Notes: generated by a model not told the origin, from the letters alone. Numbered from the stretch's first letter, positions 18,951 through 28,003 are shown. The stretch is DNA of 64,000 nucleotides from Thermoanaerobacterales bacterium (GCA_036752905.1 DAIORT010000007.1:27105-91104); one strand, 5' to 3'. Program-made: numbers and translations.

Positions 18951-20348
18951 TTAATCTATTTTTTCGTTAATGGAACGTTTTAATTTATTGTAAAGAGTAG
19001 CACGAGAGATTCCAAGCATCTTAGCAGCCTTCGTCTTATTACCCCCGCAGCTTTTTATCGCAGCCTTGATTTGTTCTGCAGTAAGCTCTGAGTACCCGGG
19101 TATGACGGCCTGCCTTACCGGATTATAAACATTATCTGGGTGATAATCAAAGGAATCAAAAGGTACCAGGTTCTCTATCTTAAGTCTGTGCCCGTCGGAG
19201 CGGTCTATTGAGGCTTCCAATATATTCTGCAATTCACGTATGTTTCCCGGCCAATGATAATCCTTGAGTCTCGTTATTACTTCCGCATCAATATCGTGAA
19301 TATTAGTGCCCAAACGTCGGTTAAGCCTGGCCACCAGTGTTGATATCAGTTCCGGTATATCGCTCTTTCGATCCCTAAGCGGCGGTACATGGATATGAAA
19401 AACATTTAAGCGGTAATACAAATCCAACCGGAATTTCCCATCGCTTACCATCTGCCGAAGGGGAACATTTGTTGCTGTTATTATACGGGCATCAATGGAA
19501 ATTTCATAGGTACCGCCTACCCTGGTTACTTCATGATCCTGGAGGACACGCAGTAATTTTGGCTGCGTGGTGAGCGGCAGTTGGCCGATTTCATCTAAAA
19601 AAAGGCTTCCCTTATCAGCCAGCTCAAATTTGCCCGGTTTCCCGTTCTTGCTTGCCCCGGTAAATGCCCCTGATTCGTAACCAAAGAGTTCGGACTCCGC
19701 CAGGGATTCAGGTATTGCCGAACAGTTAACCCTAATAAAACGGTTGTCCTTCCTTACGCTCAAACCATGTATGGCATTGGCTACCAGTTCTTTACCACTG
19801 CCACTCTCTCCTTCTATGAGTACATTTGAGTTGTTCTTGGCCGCCAGCCGTATCTCCTCTTTGAGGGTTTTTATACACTCACTTCTGCCAGTGATTTGAT
19901 CTATGGAGTATTTCTCCATTTCCAAATCCTTTATATATTTTTGGGCAGTTTTAAGCTGACCAGAAATGTTCTCCACCTTTTTTGAAAGTTCCATGGCTAC
20001 CCGCTGCTCATTGAGGAAGGTTAATACCATTGCTCCAAGAAGCTTGTGATCCTCTCCGAAAAGAGGATAGTAATTGGCATAAACAACACCCCCTGTGTCA
20101 GGTGTCATCAGTGGCTGGCCAAACAACGGTTTCTTTGTACGCAGAACCTCATCAAAGTAAGAGCCAGGTATCATATGATAAGTAAAAAGTTTGTGAAAAA
20201 TAATATCTGATGACTTGATGCCGGTCATTTCCATCCAGTATGGACTAACATACAGGTAGTGTCCTGTAGTATCGACAATTGCGATGGATAACTTATCGGC
20301 ACTGAAACATGCGGAAATAATCTCCGGATTCAGGTTATTTTCCATCAT
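18951..20348 (-). CDS. Sigma-54-dependent transcriptional activator (PAS sensor, AAA+ domain, Fis-type HTH)
   Basis: Walker A GESGSGKE is present, along with the sigma-54 contact loop ESELFGYESGAFTGA, an RLNV block and the C-terminal HTH NKTKAAKMLGISRATLYNKLK. The N-terminal roughly 130 aa is PAS-like. Confidence 0.9.
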   Translation of the reverse strand: MMENNLNPEIISACFSADKLSIAIVDTTGHYLYVSPYWMEMTGIKSSDIIFHKLFTYHMIPGSYFDEVLRTKKPLFGQPLMTPDTGGVVYANYYPLFGEDHKLLGAMVLTFLNEQRVAMELSKKVENISGQLKTAQKYIKDLEMEKYSIDQITGRSECIKTLKEEIRLAAKNNSNVLIEGESGSGKELVANAIHGLSVRKDNRFIRVNCSAIPESLAESELFGYESGAFTGASKNGKPGKFELADKGSLFLDEIGQLPLTTQPKLLRVLQDHEVTRVGGTYEISIDARIITATNVPLRQMVSDGKFRLDLYYRLNVFHIHVPPLRDRKSDIPELISTLVARLNRRLGTNIHDIDAEVITRLKDYHWPGNIRELQNILEASIDRSDGHRLKIENLVPFDSFDYHPDNVYNPVRQAVIPGYSELTAEQIKAAIKSCGGNKTKAAKMLGISRATLYNKLKRSINEKID

Positions 20349-20390
20349 TTAATTGATCTTCCCTTCACATGAAGTAACACATTATGCAAG

Positions 20391-20452
20391 GTGTCTAATG
20401 GTAGACAATATTTATACGATTATTTTGAGTCTATACAACTCTTTATACAATA
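20391..20452 (+). promoter_or_regulatory. Candidate upstream activator sequences (UAS) for the sigma-54 activator
   Basis: GTGTCTAATGGTAGACAATATTTATAC and TATACAACTCTTTATACAATA lie 40-100 bp upstream of the -24/-12 promoter. Both recur upstream of the second sigma-54 promoter at 57884-57932. Confidence 0.55.
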
Positions 20453-20492
20453 GTTTACCGTACTATTCACCACTTTTCAAGCATTTTCGACT

Positions 20493-20508
20493 TGGCATAT
20501 AAATTGCT
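20493..20508 (+). promoter_or_regulatory. Sigma-54 (-24/-12) promoter
   Basis: TGGCATATAAATTGCT matches the consensus TGGCAC-N5-TTGCW with correct spacing. It lies 84 nt upstream of ATG 20592 and is divergent from an activator gene. Confidence 0.8.
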
Positions 20509-20591
20509 TATATATTAGGTGCAGCAGTAAGGGCAAATAAATTTTTTCTAGCTGTAAAACTATCTTAAATACTTTAAAGGAGTGATTTGAA

Positions 20592-21368
20592 ATGAAGTTA
20601 GTAGATCTAAGTTGTACATGGACACCGGATTTACCGGTCGAGCCAAAGGAATCAATCCCGAAGATGATCTATTGGGATCATAAAAGCAAGGTATCTATTG
20701 ACTCGTATCTTGGTACATTCCCTGGGCTAAAGGAAGAAGACCTGCCGGACGGCGAGGCTTGGGCAATTGAAGGAATGCAGACCGGGACTCATACCGGCAC
20801 ACACATGGACGCTCCATATCATTTTGCTTCAACCATGAACAATGGAGAACGTGCCTGGACAATTGATGAAGTTCCTCTGGATTGGTGCATGGGAGACGGA
20901 GTAGTAATCGATGCCACAGACAGACCCGATGGCTATGTACTAACTGCTAAAGATCTTGACGAGTACTTTAAGAAAATAAATTACACTCTAAAACCTGGCG
21001 ATGTAGTTTTACTTCATACAACAGCTCAAACGCAGTGGGGAAATGAAAAATACCTGGTAACAGGCTGCGGTGTTGGCAGAGAAGGAACCTTATGGCTATT
21101 AAATCATGGTGTACATGCAGTCGGGACCGACGCTTGGAGCTGGGATGCACCCCTGCCACTTGTAGCTAAACAATATGCGAAAGATAAAGATCCGTCCATC
21201 ATCTGGGAAGGACATAAAGCAGGCAGAGAGAAAGCCTATGTTCAGATGGAAAAATTGCAACATCTTGAAAAACTTCCGCACTATGGATTCACTGTTATCG
21301 CTTTCCCTATAAAAATCAAAGCTGCCAGTGCTGGATGGGTTCGCCCCGTGGCAATATTTAACGATTAG
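20592..21368 (+). CDS. Cyclase-family metal-dependent hydrolase (kynurenine formamidase / putative cyclase fold)
   Basis: The HxGTHxDxPxH motif is present as HTGTHMDAPYHF. Length is 258 aa and the RBS is AAAGGAG. Confidence 0.8.
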   Translation: MKLVDLSCTWTPDLPVEPKESIPKMIYWDHKSKVSIDSYLGTFPGLKEEDLPDGEAWAIEGMQTGTHTGTHMDAPYHFASTMNNGERAWTIDEVPLDWCMGDGVVIDATDRPDGYVLTAKDLDEYFKKINYTLKPGDVVLLHTTAQTQWGNEKYLVTGCGVGREGTLWLLNHGVHAVGTDAWSWDAPLPLVAKQYAKDKDPSIIWEGHKAGREKAYVQMEKLQHLEKLPHYGFTVIAFPIKIKAASAGWVRPVAIFND

Positions 21369-21383
21369 AGGGGGAGAATAATT

Positions 21384-22652
21384 ATGGCTGAGAATCAAGA
21401 GGGTAAATTTTATTATGGTTGGTATGTTGTTGTTGTTGCATTTGTATTGTTGGCATTTGTCGGCGCGCCTGGTATTTCCATGTCTGGCCTGCCGGTTGTG
21501 TCTATTGTAAAAGATTTTAATGTAAGTGTCACCAATGTAATGCTTATGGGTGCATTAAGTATGATGGGTGCTATGGTAGGCACTCTCTTTGCTGGCAAAG
21601 TTTTTATGCGTTTTGGTCTACGTAAGACTGTCTCCTGTGGGCTTATTTTAAGCGGAACATTTTGGATGATTATTTCGACCGTAAAGAACTTTAAGTTTAT
21701 GATTGTTCTAGCTTTCTTAGCAGGTGTTATCGGTACATTTACAACTACCCTCCCTGCTTCCATTGTGATAAACAACTGGTTCGGCCCTAAGCTTAGGGGA
21801 AAAGCAATGGGTATAACAATGATCGGTCTCAGTGCTGGTGCGGTTGTACTCAGTCCTATTGTAGCAAATATCATCACTTCTGCAACATGGAGAGGAGCAT
21901 ACCGGCTATATGGAATTTTAGCCTGGGTAATGATTCCGTTTGTACTATTAACGTTCTATGATACACCCGCTGCAAAGAGCATAAAACGCCAGGGAGACGT
22001 ACCGGGGGAAAAGGCTGCAGAAAAAGCTGCAGGTGTAGACCCGGCAGGTATGACGGCAGGTGAAGCTCTGCACACTCCTATATTTTGGACATTAGTTGTT
22101 GCCCTGTTTATTATCAATGGTTTGGGCGCAGCATGGAACGGCAACGGCCCTACCTTCCTTACCACTATAGGTTATACTCCGGTAAAGGCATCATTCCTTG
22201 TATCATTATGTTCTTTAGCTGCTATTATAGCTAAGGTATTATATGGAATATACAATGACATAAATGGCTCAAGAAAAACATTTAACCTATTCCTTATGCC
22301 AGTAATAGCTGCAAGTATTTGTCTTATACTTTCACCTAAGATGCCGGCTCTGGCCTATGCGGCAGCAATACTGTATGGTCTTTCTTTTCCAAATGCGACC
22401 GTTGGTTCCCCGCTTATTACTGGTGAGCTGTTCGGGCCAAAGAACTATAGCATATTGGTAGGCTATACACAATTTGTAGCCTCTTTAGGCTCGGCTATTT
22501 TCCCAATGATTGTTTCATCAATATATGGAGCAACCGGTGATTACGTTTATTCGTGGGTTTCTGTATTAGTACTTTCATTATTAGCTTTAGTATTAATCAA
22601 TCTAACTTATGTTGCCAAGAAAAATTATATTTCCAAAAAAAGTACCATTTAG
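21384..22652 (+). CDS. MFS transporter (oxalate/formate-antiporter-like subfamily)
   Basis: There are 12 predicted TM segments with a central loop. The RBS is AGGGGGAG. Confidence 0.8.
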   Translation: MAENQEGKFYYGWYVVVVAFVLLAFVGAPGISMSGLPVVSIVKDFNVSVTNVMLMGALSMMGAMVGTLFAGKVFMRFGLRKTVSCGLILSGTFWMIISTVKNFKFMIVLAFLAGVIGTFTTTLPASIVINNWFGPKLRGKAMGITMIGLSAGAVVLSPIVANIITSATWRGAYRLYGILAWVMIPFVLLTFYDTPAAKSIKRQGDVPGEKAAEKAAGVDPAGMTAGEALHTPIFWTLVVALFIINGLGAAWNGNGPTFLTTIGYTPVKASFLVSLCSLAAIIAKVLYGIYNDINGSRKTFNLFLMPVIAASICLILSPKMPALAYAAAILYGLSFPNATVGSPLITGELFGPKNYSILVGYTQFVASLGSAIFPMIVSSIYGATGDYVYSWVSVLVLSLLALVLINLTYVAKKNYISKKSTI

Positions 22653-22741
22653 AATGGCTGCTTAGATATAAAAAAAAGTACCAAGTACTTGTTCTAAAAA
22701 ACAAGGTACGATGGCAACATAATTATGGAGGTATATCAGCT

Positions 22742-23659
22742 TTGGATATCGTCCAACCTTTTTTAGAACATGTCAAGGGGAATACCTGGTGTATAGTAAC
22801 AAAACGTTCACGTATCCCTTTATTCAAACTGGAAGGCGGCAGGGTAGTCCTCATTGACTCCGGTATTTCTACAACGGATCGTGGAGGGATCTTTTCCCTG
22901 CTGGCACAAAATGCCCTTACCGTAGCTGCAGTCTTGACCAGCCATGCCCATGTTGATCATATAGGTAATCACAAGGCCCTGCAGAAAGAGCAGGGATCAA
23001 AATTATATATGACGCTGTTTGATGCGGCGATTAGTGAAAATCCCTTGTATGCGCAGGCCTATTTCTATGGAATTAACTATCGAAATGTTATTAAGTATAC
23101 GGCCACTTATCTTTGTCATGCCGACTACTTAATCAGGCCGGAGGATGAGTTCATTGATATTGAAGGTGCCCGGTTTAAAATATTACGGCTTCCCGGACAT
23201 ACGGCAGAACATCTTGGATTCGTCACTCCTGATTCGGTAGCCTATTTGGCTGATGCTCTTTTAAGCGATCATGTGCTGGAATCAGTACGAATTCCATACT
23301 GCATAAGCTGTGCTTTGGATCTTGATACCAAAAACCGCATTGGCAAAATGAAATATGATCGTTATATTGTAGCCCACAACGGAGTTTATGAAAATATCAG
23401 TACTCTTGTTAAACGGAACATAGATAATATACTCAGTAAAGTAGATATAATCTACAAAATAGCAGATCATTATATGTCAATGGAACAGATTTTAGCTAAA
23501 ACATGCGCAGCCTTGGGCATACGTACGGATAGCATTTATAAAATCAGTTCTTCAGAACAAAGCGTCAGAGTCTACATGGAATATCTGATTGAAGAAGGCC
23601 GGCTGGTACAGCGGGCCAACGACGGAATTATCGAGTATATTCGAACTGACTGCACTTAA
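22742..23659 (+). CDS. MBL-fold metallo-hydrolase
   Basis: The HxHxDH motif is present as SHAHVDHIG, followed by LPGHTAEH. I chose in-frame TTG 22742 (GGAGG 10 nt upstream). The track start at 22553 overlaps the MFS gene by 100 nt. Confidence 0.7.
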   Translation: MDIVQPFLEHVKGNTWCIVTKRSRIPLFKLEGGRVVLIDSGISTTDRGGIFSLLAQNALTVAAVLTSHAHVDHIGNHKALQKEQGSKLYMTLFDAAISENPLYAQAYFYGINYRNVIKYTATYLCHADYLIRPEDEFIDIEGARFKILRLPGHTAEHLGFVTPDSVAYLADALLSDHVLESVRIPYCISCALDLDTKNRIGKMKYDRYIVAHNGVYENISTLVKRNIDNILSKVDIIYKIADHYMSMEQILAKTCAALGIRTDSIYKISSSEQSVRVYMEYLIEEGRLVQRANDGIIEYIRTDCT

Positions 23660-23702
23660 CAATCAATTTATAAATAAACTTTATGATACAAGGAGGATTA
23701 TT

Positions 23703-24566
23703 ATGGACAAGGTTTTTATTACTGCTGCATTAACAGGAACCTCAATAAGCCGGGAAGCCGCACCAACTGTTCCAATATTTCCTGAGGAAATCGCCGAGCA
23801 GGTTGTAGATGTAGCAAAGGCAGGAGCTGCCATGGCACATATCCATGTAAGAGATGACAAAGGATGGCCGACTATAGACGTTGAAAAGTTTACAAAAACA
23901 TTTGAAGCCATCCAGCTGGCTACAAAGGCGGCAGGGGTTGATATAATTGTAAATCTCACCACCTCCGGATCCGTTAAACTGGAGAAGAATGAGACACGTT
24001 TGGCCCACGTTAAGAAACTGCGCCCCGATATGTGCTCTTTTGACTCAGGTACATTCAACTGGAATTACGGCGGTGTTTTCGTAAATGCTCCCGACTTTCT
24101 TGAGGATCTATCCAAATGTGTAATTGAAAACAATGTAAAACCTGAGTTTGAAATCTTTGACAACGGCATGCTTGGAAATGCAATTTATTGCATAAATAAA
24201 TTTAATATACCCCAGCCATGTCATTTCCAGTTCGTACTGGGCGTGGGCGGTGCTGCCAGCGCTACCACACGCAATCTGGTATTCCTGCAGGAAATGCTGC
24301 CGAAGGGATCAACCTGGTCGGTAACCGGCATAGGCAAAGCACATATACCGATGATGCTCGCTGGTTTATCATTAGGCTGCAATGGTCTTCGTGTAGGATT
24401 GGAAGACAATGTCTATATGTCAAAGGGTGTAAAAGCCACTAACGTCAAGCTGGTAGAGCGCGCCGCAGAGTTGATTGAACTGACCGGCCATGAGGTTGCT
24501 ACTACGGACGAGACCAGAGAAATATTAGGTCTAAAGCGTCATTCTCTTGAAGAATATCATGCATAA
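23703..24566 (+). CDS. Beta-keto acid cleavage enzyme (BKACE/DUF849 family; 3-keto-5-aminohexanoate cleavage enzyme-like)
   Basis: MDKVFITAALTGT...AAMAHIHVRDDKG is the BKACE N-terminus, including the Zn-binding HxH. Start ATG 23703 has AGGAGG upstream. Confidence 0.85.
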   Translation: MDKVFITAALTGTSISREAAPTVPIFPEEIAEQVVDVAKAGAAMAHIHVRDDKGWPTIDVEKFTKTFEAIQLATKAAGVDIIVNLTTSGSVKLEKNETRLAHVKKLRPDMCSFDSGTFNWNYGGVFVNAPDFLEDLSKCVIENNVKPEFEIFDNGMLGNAIYCINKFNIPQPCHFQFVLGVGGAASATTRNLVFLQEMLPKGSTWSVTGIGKAHIPMMLAGLSLGCNGLRVGLEDNVYMSKGVKATNVKLVERAAELIELTGHEVATTDETREILGLKRHSLEEYHA

Positions 24567-24677
24567 AAAATGACACTTTAAAATTTTAATATTTAAGCGC
24601 CCTGTCACAACTATTGGGAGGGCGCATCAGCAACTCATTATGATTTTAATAATGCTTATAACAAGGAGGAAATGTAT

Positions 24678-25901
24678 ATGCGAGAAGTAGTATTTGTGGA
24701 TGGAGCTCGTTCCGCCTTCTGTAACTTAGGCGGCGGATTTAGAGATCTGTCTTCTACAGAAATCGCTGGTCACGTTTTAAAGGGTCTTATAGAACGGACT
24801 GGTATATTAGAGCGCAGTAAAGTAGACGGCTTGTTCTGCGGAAATGCGCTGCGGGACATGCGTTGCAATGATATAGCCCGTGATGCGGCACTCAGGGGCG
24901 GATTACCACCGGAGACTGAAGCGCACTATGTAGAAATGCAGTGCGGCTCGGCAATAACATGTGTAAATCACGCTGCAGCTATGATTGGTTTAGGCTATGC
25001 AGACGTACTTTTAGTTGGCGGCATGGAATCTTATTCGACAATGAACATCGATTTTTCCATGAACGACAGACCATATAGACTTGTTCCTCCCATTCCATTG
25101 GCACCCCACCTGGCACCTCAAAAAAATGAGGATATAACCATGATCCAGGTTAGTGACGAAATGGCAGAAAACTGGGATATATCCAGAGAACAGGCAGATG
25201 AATATGCAGCCAGAAGTCAGCAGAGATTGGCTCAGGCGTACAAAAAGGGTATAACCGGTGATGAAATCATCCCGATTACCATACCGGCAACACCTGATTC
25301 TCCTGAAGTTGTTATAGACAAAGATGAATTCCCACGTCCTAACACCACACCGGAGATCCTGGCAAAACTGCGTCCTGTTAATAAAGGTGGAATAACTACG
25401 GCAGGTAATGCTTCCGGTCAGAATGACGGCGCCGCTTTTCTGTTGATGATGTCGGCAGACAAGGCAAAAGAATTGGGATACAAGCCTATTGCCCGCTGGA
25501 TTATCGGAGCAGATATAGGCGTTCGTCCTGCACACATGGGTATCGGCCCTGCTTTTTCAAATCTTAAGGCTATGAAATTGGCCGGTTTGCAGTTATCCGA
25601 TCTTGAAGTAATTGAATGTAATGAGGCATTTGCTGCTCAGAACCTGTCCGTAATCAAAGAGATGGAGTCCCGGACCGGTGAAAAGATTGATCAGTCTAAA
25701 TGGAATCCTAACGGAGGGGCTGTCGCCATTGGACACCCTAACGGTGCTTCCGGTGCTCGTGTCGCTATGTTTGCAATGCGTCAATTAGAGCAAACCGGCG
25801 GACGGTATGGTTTGTTTTCATCCTGTTGCGGCGGCGGACACGGAACCACCACCATCATTGAAAACCTGAGACGTGAAAAAGGAGGAAACAAGAATGCGTG
25901 A
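24678..25901 (+). CDS. Thiolase (acetyl-CoA C-acyltransferase family), catalytic residues intact
   Basis: The nucleophile Cys is in VEMQCGSA, the His in NGGAVAIGHPNGASGAR and the C-terminal Cys in SSCCGGGHG. The RBS is GGAGG. Confidence 0.85.
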   Translation: MREVVFVDGARSAFCNLGGGFRDLSSTEIAGHVLKGLIERTGILERSKVDGLFCGNALRDMRCNDIARDAALRGGLPPETEAHYVEMQCGSAITCVNHAAAMIGLGYADVLLVGGMESYSTMNIDFSMNDRPYRLVPPIPLAPHLAPQKNEDITMIQVSDEMAENWDISREQADEYAARSQQRLAQAYKKGITGDEIIPITIPATPDSPEVVIDKDEFPRPNTTPEILAKLRPVNKGGITTAGNASGQNDGAAFLLMMSADKAKELGYKPIARWIIGADIGVRPAHMGIGPAFSNLKAMKLAGLQLSDLEVIECNEAFAAQNLSVIKEMESRTGEKIDQSKWNPNGGAVAIGHPNGASGARVAMFAMRQLEQTGGRYGLFSSCCGGGHGTTTIIENLRREKGGNKNA

Positions 25902-27093
25902 TGTTGTTATCGTAGACGGAGCACGTTCCGCTTTTACAAAATTCGGAGGATCACTTAAGGCTTATGCATCAGTGGATATCGCAACACTGGTGGTTAATGA
26001 TCTGTTAAAGCGCACCGGTATACTGGACAAGGGTAAAGTAGACAGCCTTATGGCCGGCTGTGCCCTCGGAGATATGAAAACAAAAGACATAGCAAGATAC
26101 ATCGTTTTACAATCAAAATTGCCGATGGAAACCTCTGGCACTTTTGTCGAAATGCAAGGCGGTTCGGCCATTGCAGGGCTCAATCATGCCGCATGGAAAA
26201 TTAAAGCCGGCATGTCTGAGGTTGCTATAGTCGGTGGCATGGAGTCTTACTCCACCTTTACGGCTAAATTCCCAATGTGCCGTCCACAGTATAAATTTAT
26301 CGCTCCATATGCCTTAAAACCAGAGCATACTCCTAATAAAGAGCGTGACCTCGACAGGGCATCTTTGGATGATAAGATGGCCGCTGAATGGGGGATCACC
26401 CGTGAGCAGGCCGATACGTATGCAGCCAGGAGCCAAGAACGCCTAGCCCAAGCTTATAAGAAGGGAATTACCGGAGATGAAATCGTCCCGATTGTAATCC
26501 CTGCCACACGCAAGGCACCGGAAATTGTTATAAATAAAGATGATTCTCCATGTCCTGACATAACGGCTGAGGAACTTTCAAAACTGCAACCGGTAAACCA
26601 GAGCGGCATTACTACAGCGGGTAACTCCACCGGTTTGAATGACGGTGCAGCCTTTATGCTGATAATGACTGCTGAGAAAGCACAGGAACTCGGTTATAGG
26701 CCTATAGCCCGTTGGGTAACCGGAGCTCACTGCGGCGTACGTGAAGATTATACAGGCATAGCACCTGCATACTCTAACCTCAAAGCCATAAAGCAAGCCG
26801 GCCTCAAACTGGAGGATATCGACGTGATTGAGTGCAATGAGGTATCTGCTGCAGAGAACCTGGCTGTCATAAGCGAGATGGAAAAACAGACCGGCAAAAA
26901 GATTGATAAAGAAAAATGGAATCCAAACGGAGGTGCTATTGCCATAGGGAACCCTAACGCAGCCTCAGGTGCCCGTATGACCATGTTTGCTATGCGTCAA
27001 CTTGAACAAACATCAGGTAAATATGGCATGGCCTCTACTTGCTGTGCAGGTGGCCAGGGAGCTACTGTAATCATCGAGAATCTCAGACACTAA
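25894..27093 (+). CDS. Thiolase-like paralog lacking the nucleophilic Cys and the catalytic His (probable non-catalytic partner subunit)
   Basis: It is colinear with the upstream thiolase, but reads VEMQGGSA (GGC at 26158-26160) and NGGAIAIGNPNAASGAR (AAC at 26950-26952). Its start overlaps the upstream gene by 8 nt. Confidence 0.8.
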   Translation: MRDVVIVDGARSAFTKFGGSLKAYASVDIATLVVNDLLKRTGILDKGKVDSLMAGCALGDMKTKDIARYIVLQSKLPMETSGTFVEMQGGSAIAGLNHAAWKIKAGMSEVAIVGGMESYSTFTAKFPMCRPQYKFIAPYALKPEHTPNKERDLDRASLDDKMAAEWGITREQADTYAARSQERLAQAYKKGITGDEIVPIVIPATRKAPEIVINKDDSPCPDITAEELSKLQPVNQSGITTAGNSTGLNDGAAFMLIMTAEKAQELGYRPIARWVTGAHCGVREDYTGIAPAYSNLKAIKQAGLKLEDIDVIECNEVSAAENLAVISEMEKQTGKKIDKEKWNPNGGAIAIGNPNAASGARMTMFAMRQLEQTSGKYGMASTCCAGGQGATVIIENLRH

Positions 27094-27122
27094 TATTACT
27101 TGTGAAGAAAGGACGGATTAAC

Positions 27123-27986
27123 ATGGAAATAAAGAAGGTATTTGTAATCGGAGGCGGCGTTATGGGCAGACAGATCGCCCTGAACTCCGCTATATACGGC
27201 TATCAAGTCAAGATCTATGACAAGATTCCCGCAGTATGTGATAAAGTGCAGGCATGGGAAGTTGAGTATCTCGCAGGCCGTATTAAAAAAGGCCGTATGA
27301 CGGAGGACCAGGTCAAGCAGGCCAAGGATCACTTTACTATAGTACGTGATGCACAAGAGGCTGCTGATGCAGATCTGGTCATTGAGGCTGTTGTTGAAAG
27401 ACAAGATGTAAAGGCCGATGTCTTCAAGGAGTTTAGCGGTATCGTACAACCGGATACAATCCTGGCAACAAACTCAAGCTACATGGTTTCTTCCATGTTC
27501 AAGGATTGTGTCTCTCATCCAGAGCGGCTGTTAAACTGCCATTATTATAATCCGGCACTGGTAATGAAATTCGTGGAGGTTGTCCAGGGTGAACATACCA
27601 ATCCCAAGGTAGCGGATGCGGTTATGGAATTCTGTCGCAGCACAGGAAAAGATCCTATTTGTATGAAAAAGGAGCTCCCCGGTTTCGCAGCCAACCGTAT
27701 AGTAAGTGTCATTAATGCCGAGGCACGTTTCCTGGTACAGAATGGATATCTGACATATCAGGAAGTTGATAAAGCATGTGAAGAGGGACTGGGACATCCT
27801 ATGGGGCCCTTCCGTCTTATGGATATGACAGGCATTGATTTATCATACGATCTGATGAAGGCCGGCATGGCTATGGATGGCAAAAAACCGGATTGCTATG
27901 ATATGGTTGAGAAAATGGTTAAAGAAGGAAACCTGGGCCGTAAAACAGGTAAGGGCTTCTATGACTATACAAAAGAAAATAAGTAA
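27123..27986 (+). CDS. 3-hydroxyacyl-CoA dehydrogenase family oxidoreductase (Hbd / L-carnitine-dehydrogenase-like)
   Basis: The Rossmann motif is VFVIGGGVMGRQIA. Also present are ATNSS, the CHYYNPALVMKFVEVV catalytic-His block, ELPGFAANRI and GRKTGKGFYDY. Confidence 0.85.
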   Translation: MEIKKVFVIGGGVMGRQIALNSAIYGYQVKIYDKIPAVCDKVQAWEVEYLAGRIKKGRMTEDQVKQAKDHFTIVRDAQEAADADLVIEAVVERQDVKADVFKEFSGIVQPDTILATNSSYMVSSMFKDCVSHPERLLNCHYYNPALVMKFVEVVQGEHTNPKVADAVMEFCRSTGKDPICMKKELPGFAANRIVSVINAEARFLVQNGYLTYQEVDKACEEGLGHPMGPFRLMDMTGIDLSYDLMKAGMAMDGKKPDCYDMVEKMVKEGNLGRKTGKGFYDYTKENK

Positions 27987-28003
27987 AAAAAGATGCAATC
28001 TGT

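Noticed and set aside
21413-21877. Long antisense ORFs in the track, including 21413-21877, 25011-25535, 29156-29689, 37583-38128, 49790-50347, 51208-51708, 59399-59968, 12081-12455, 33116-33538 and 14225-14688
   Set aside because: Each lies entirely inside a stronger opposite-strand gene that has clear family motifs and an RBS. Their translations are low-complexity (Ser/Pro/Ile-rich) with no recognisable domains. They are shadow ORFs.
22553-22741. N-terminal extension of the MBL hydrolase ORF (track start 22553)
   Set aside because: It would overlap the MFS gene by 100 nt and translates to low-complexity sequence. An in-frame TTG with a GGAGG RBS at 22742 fits better.
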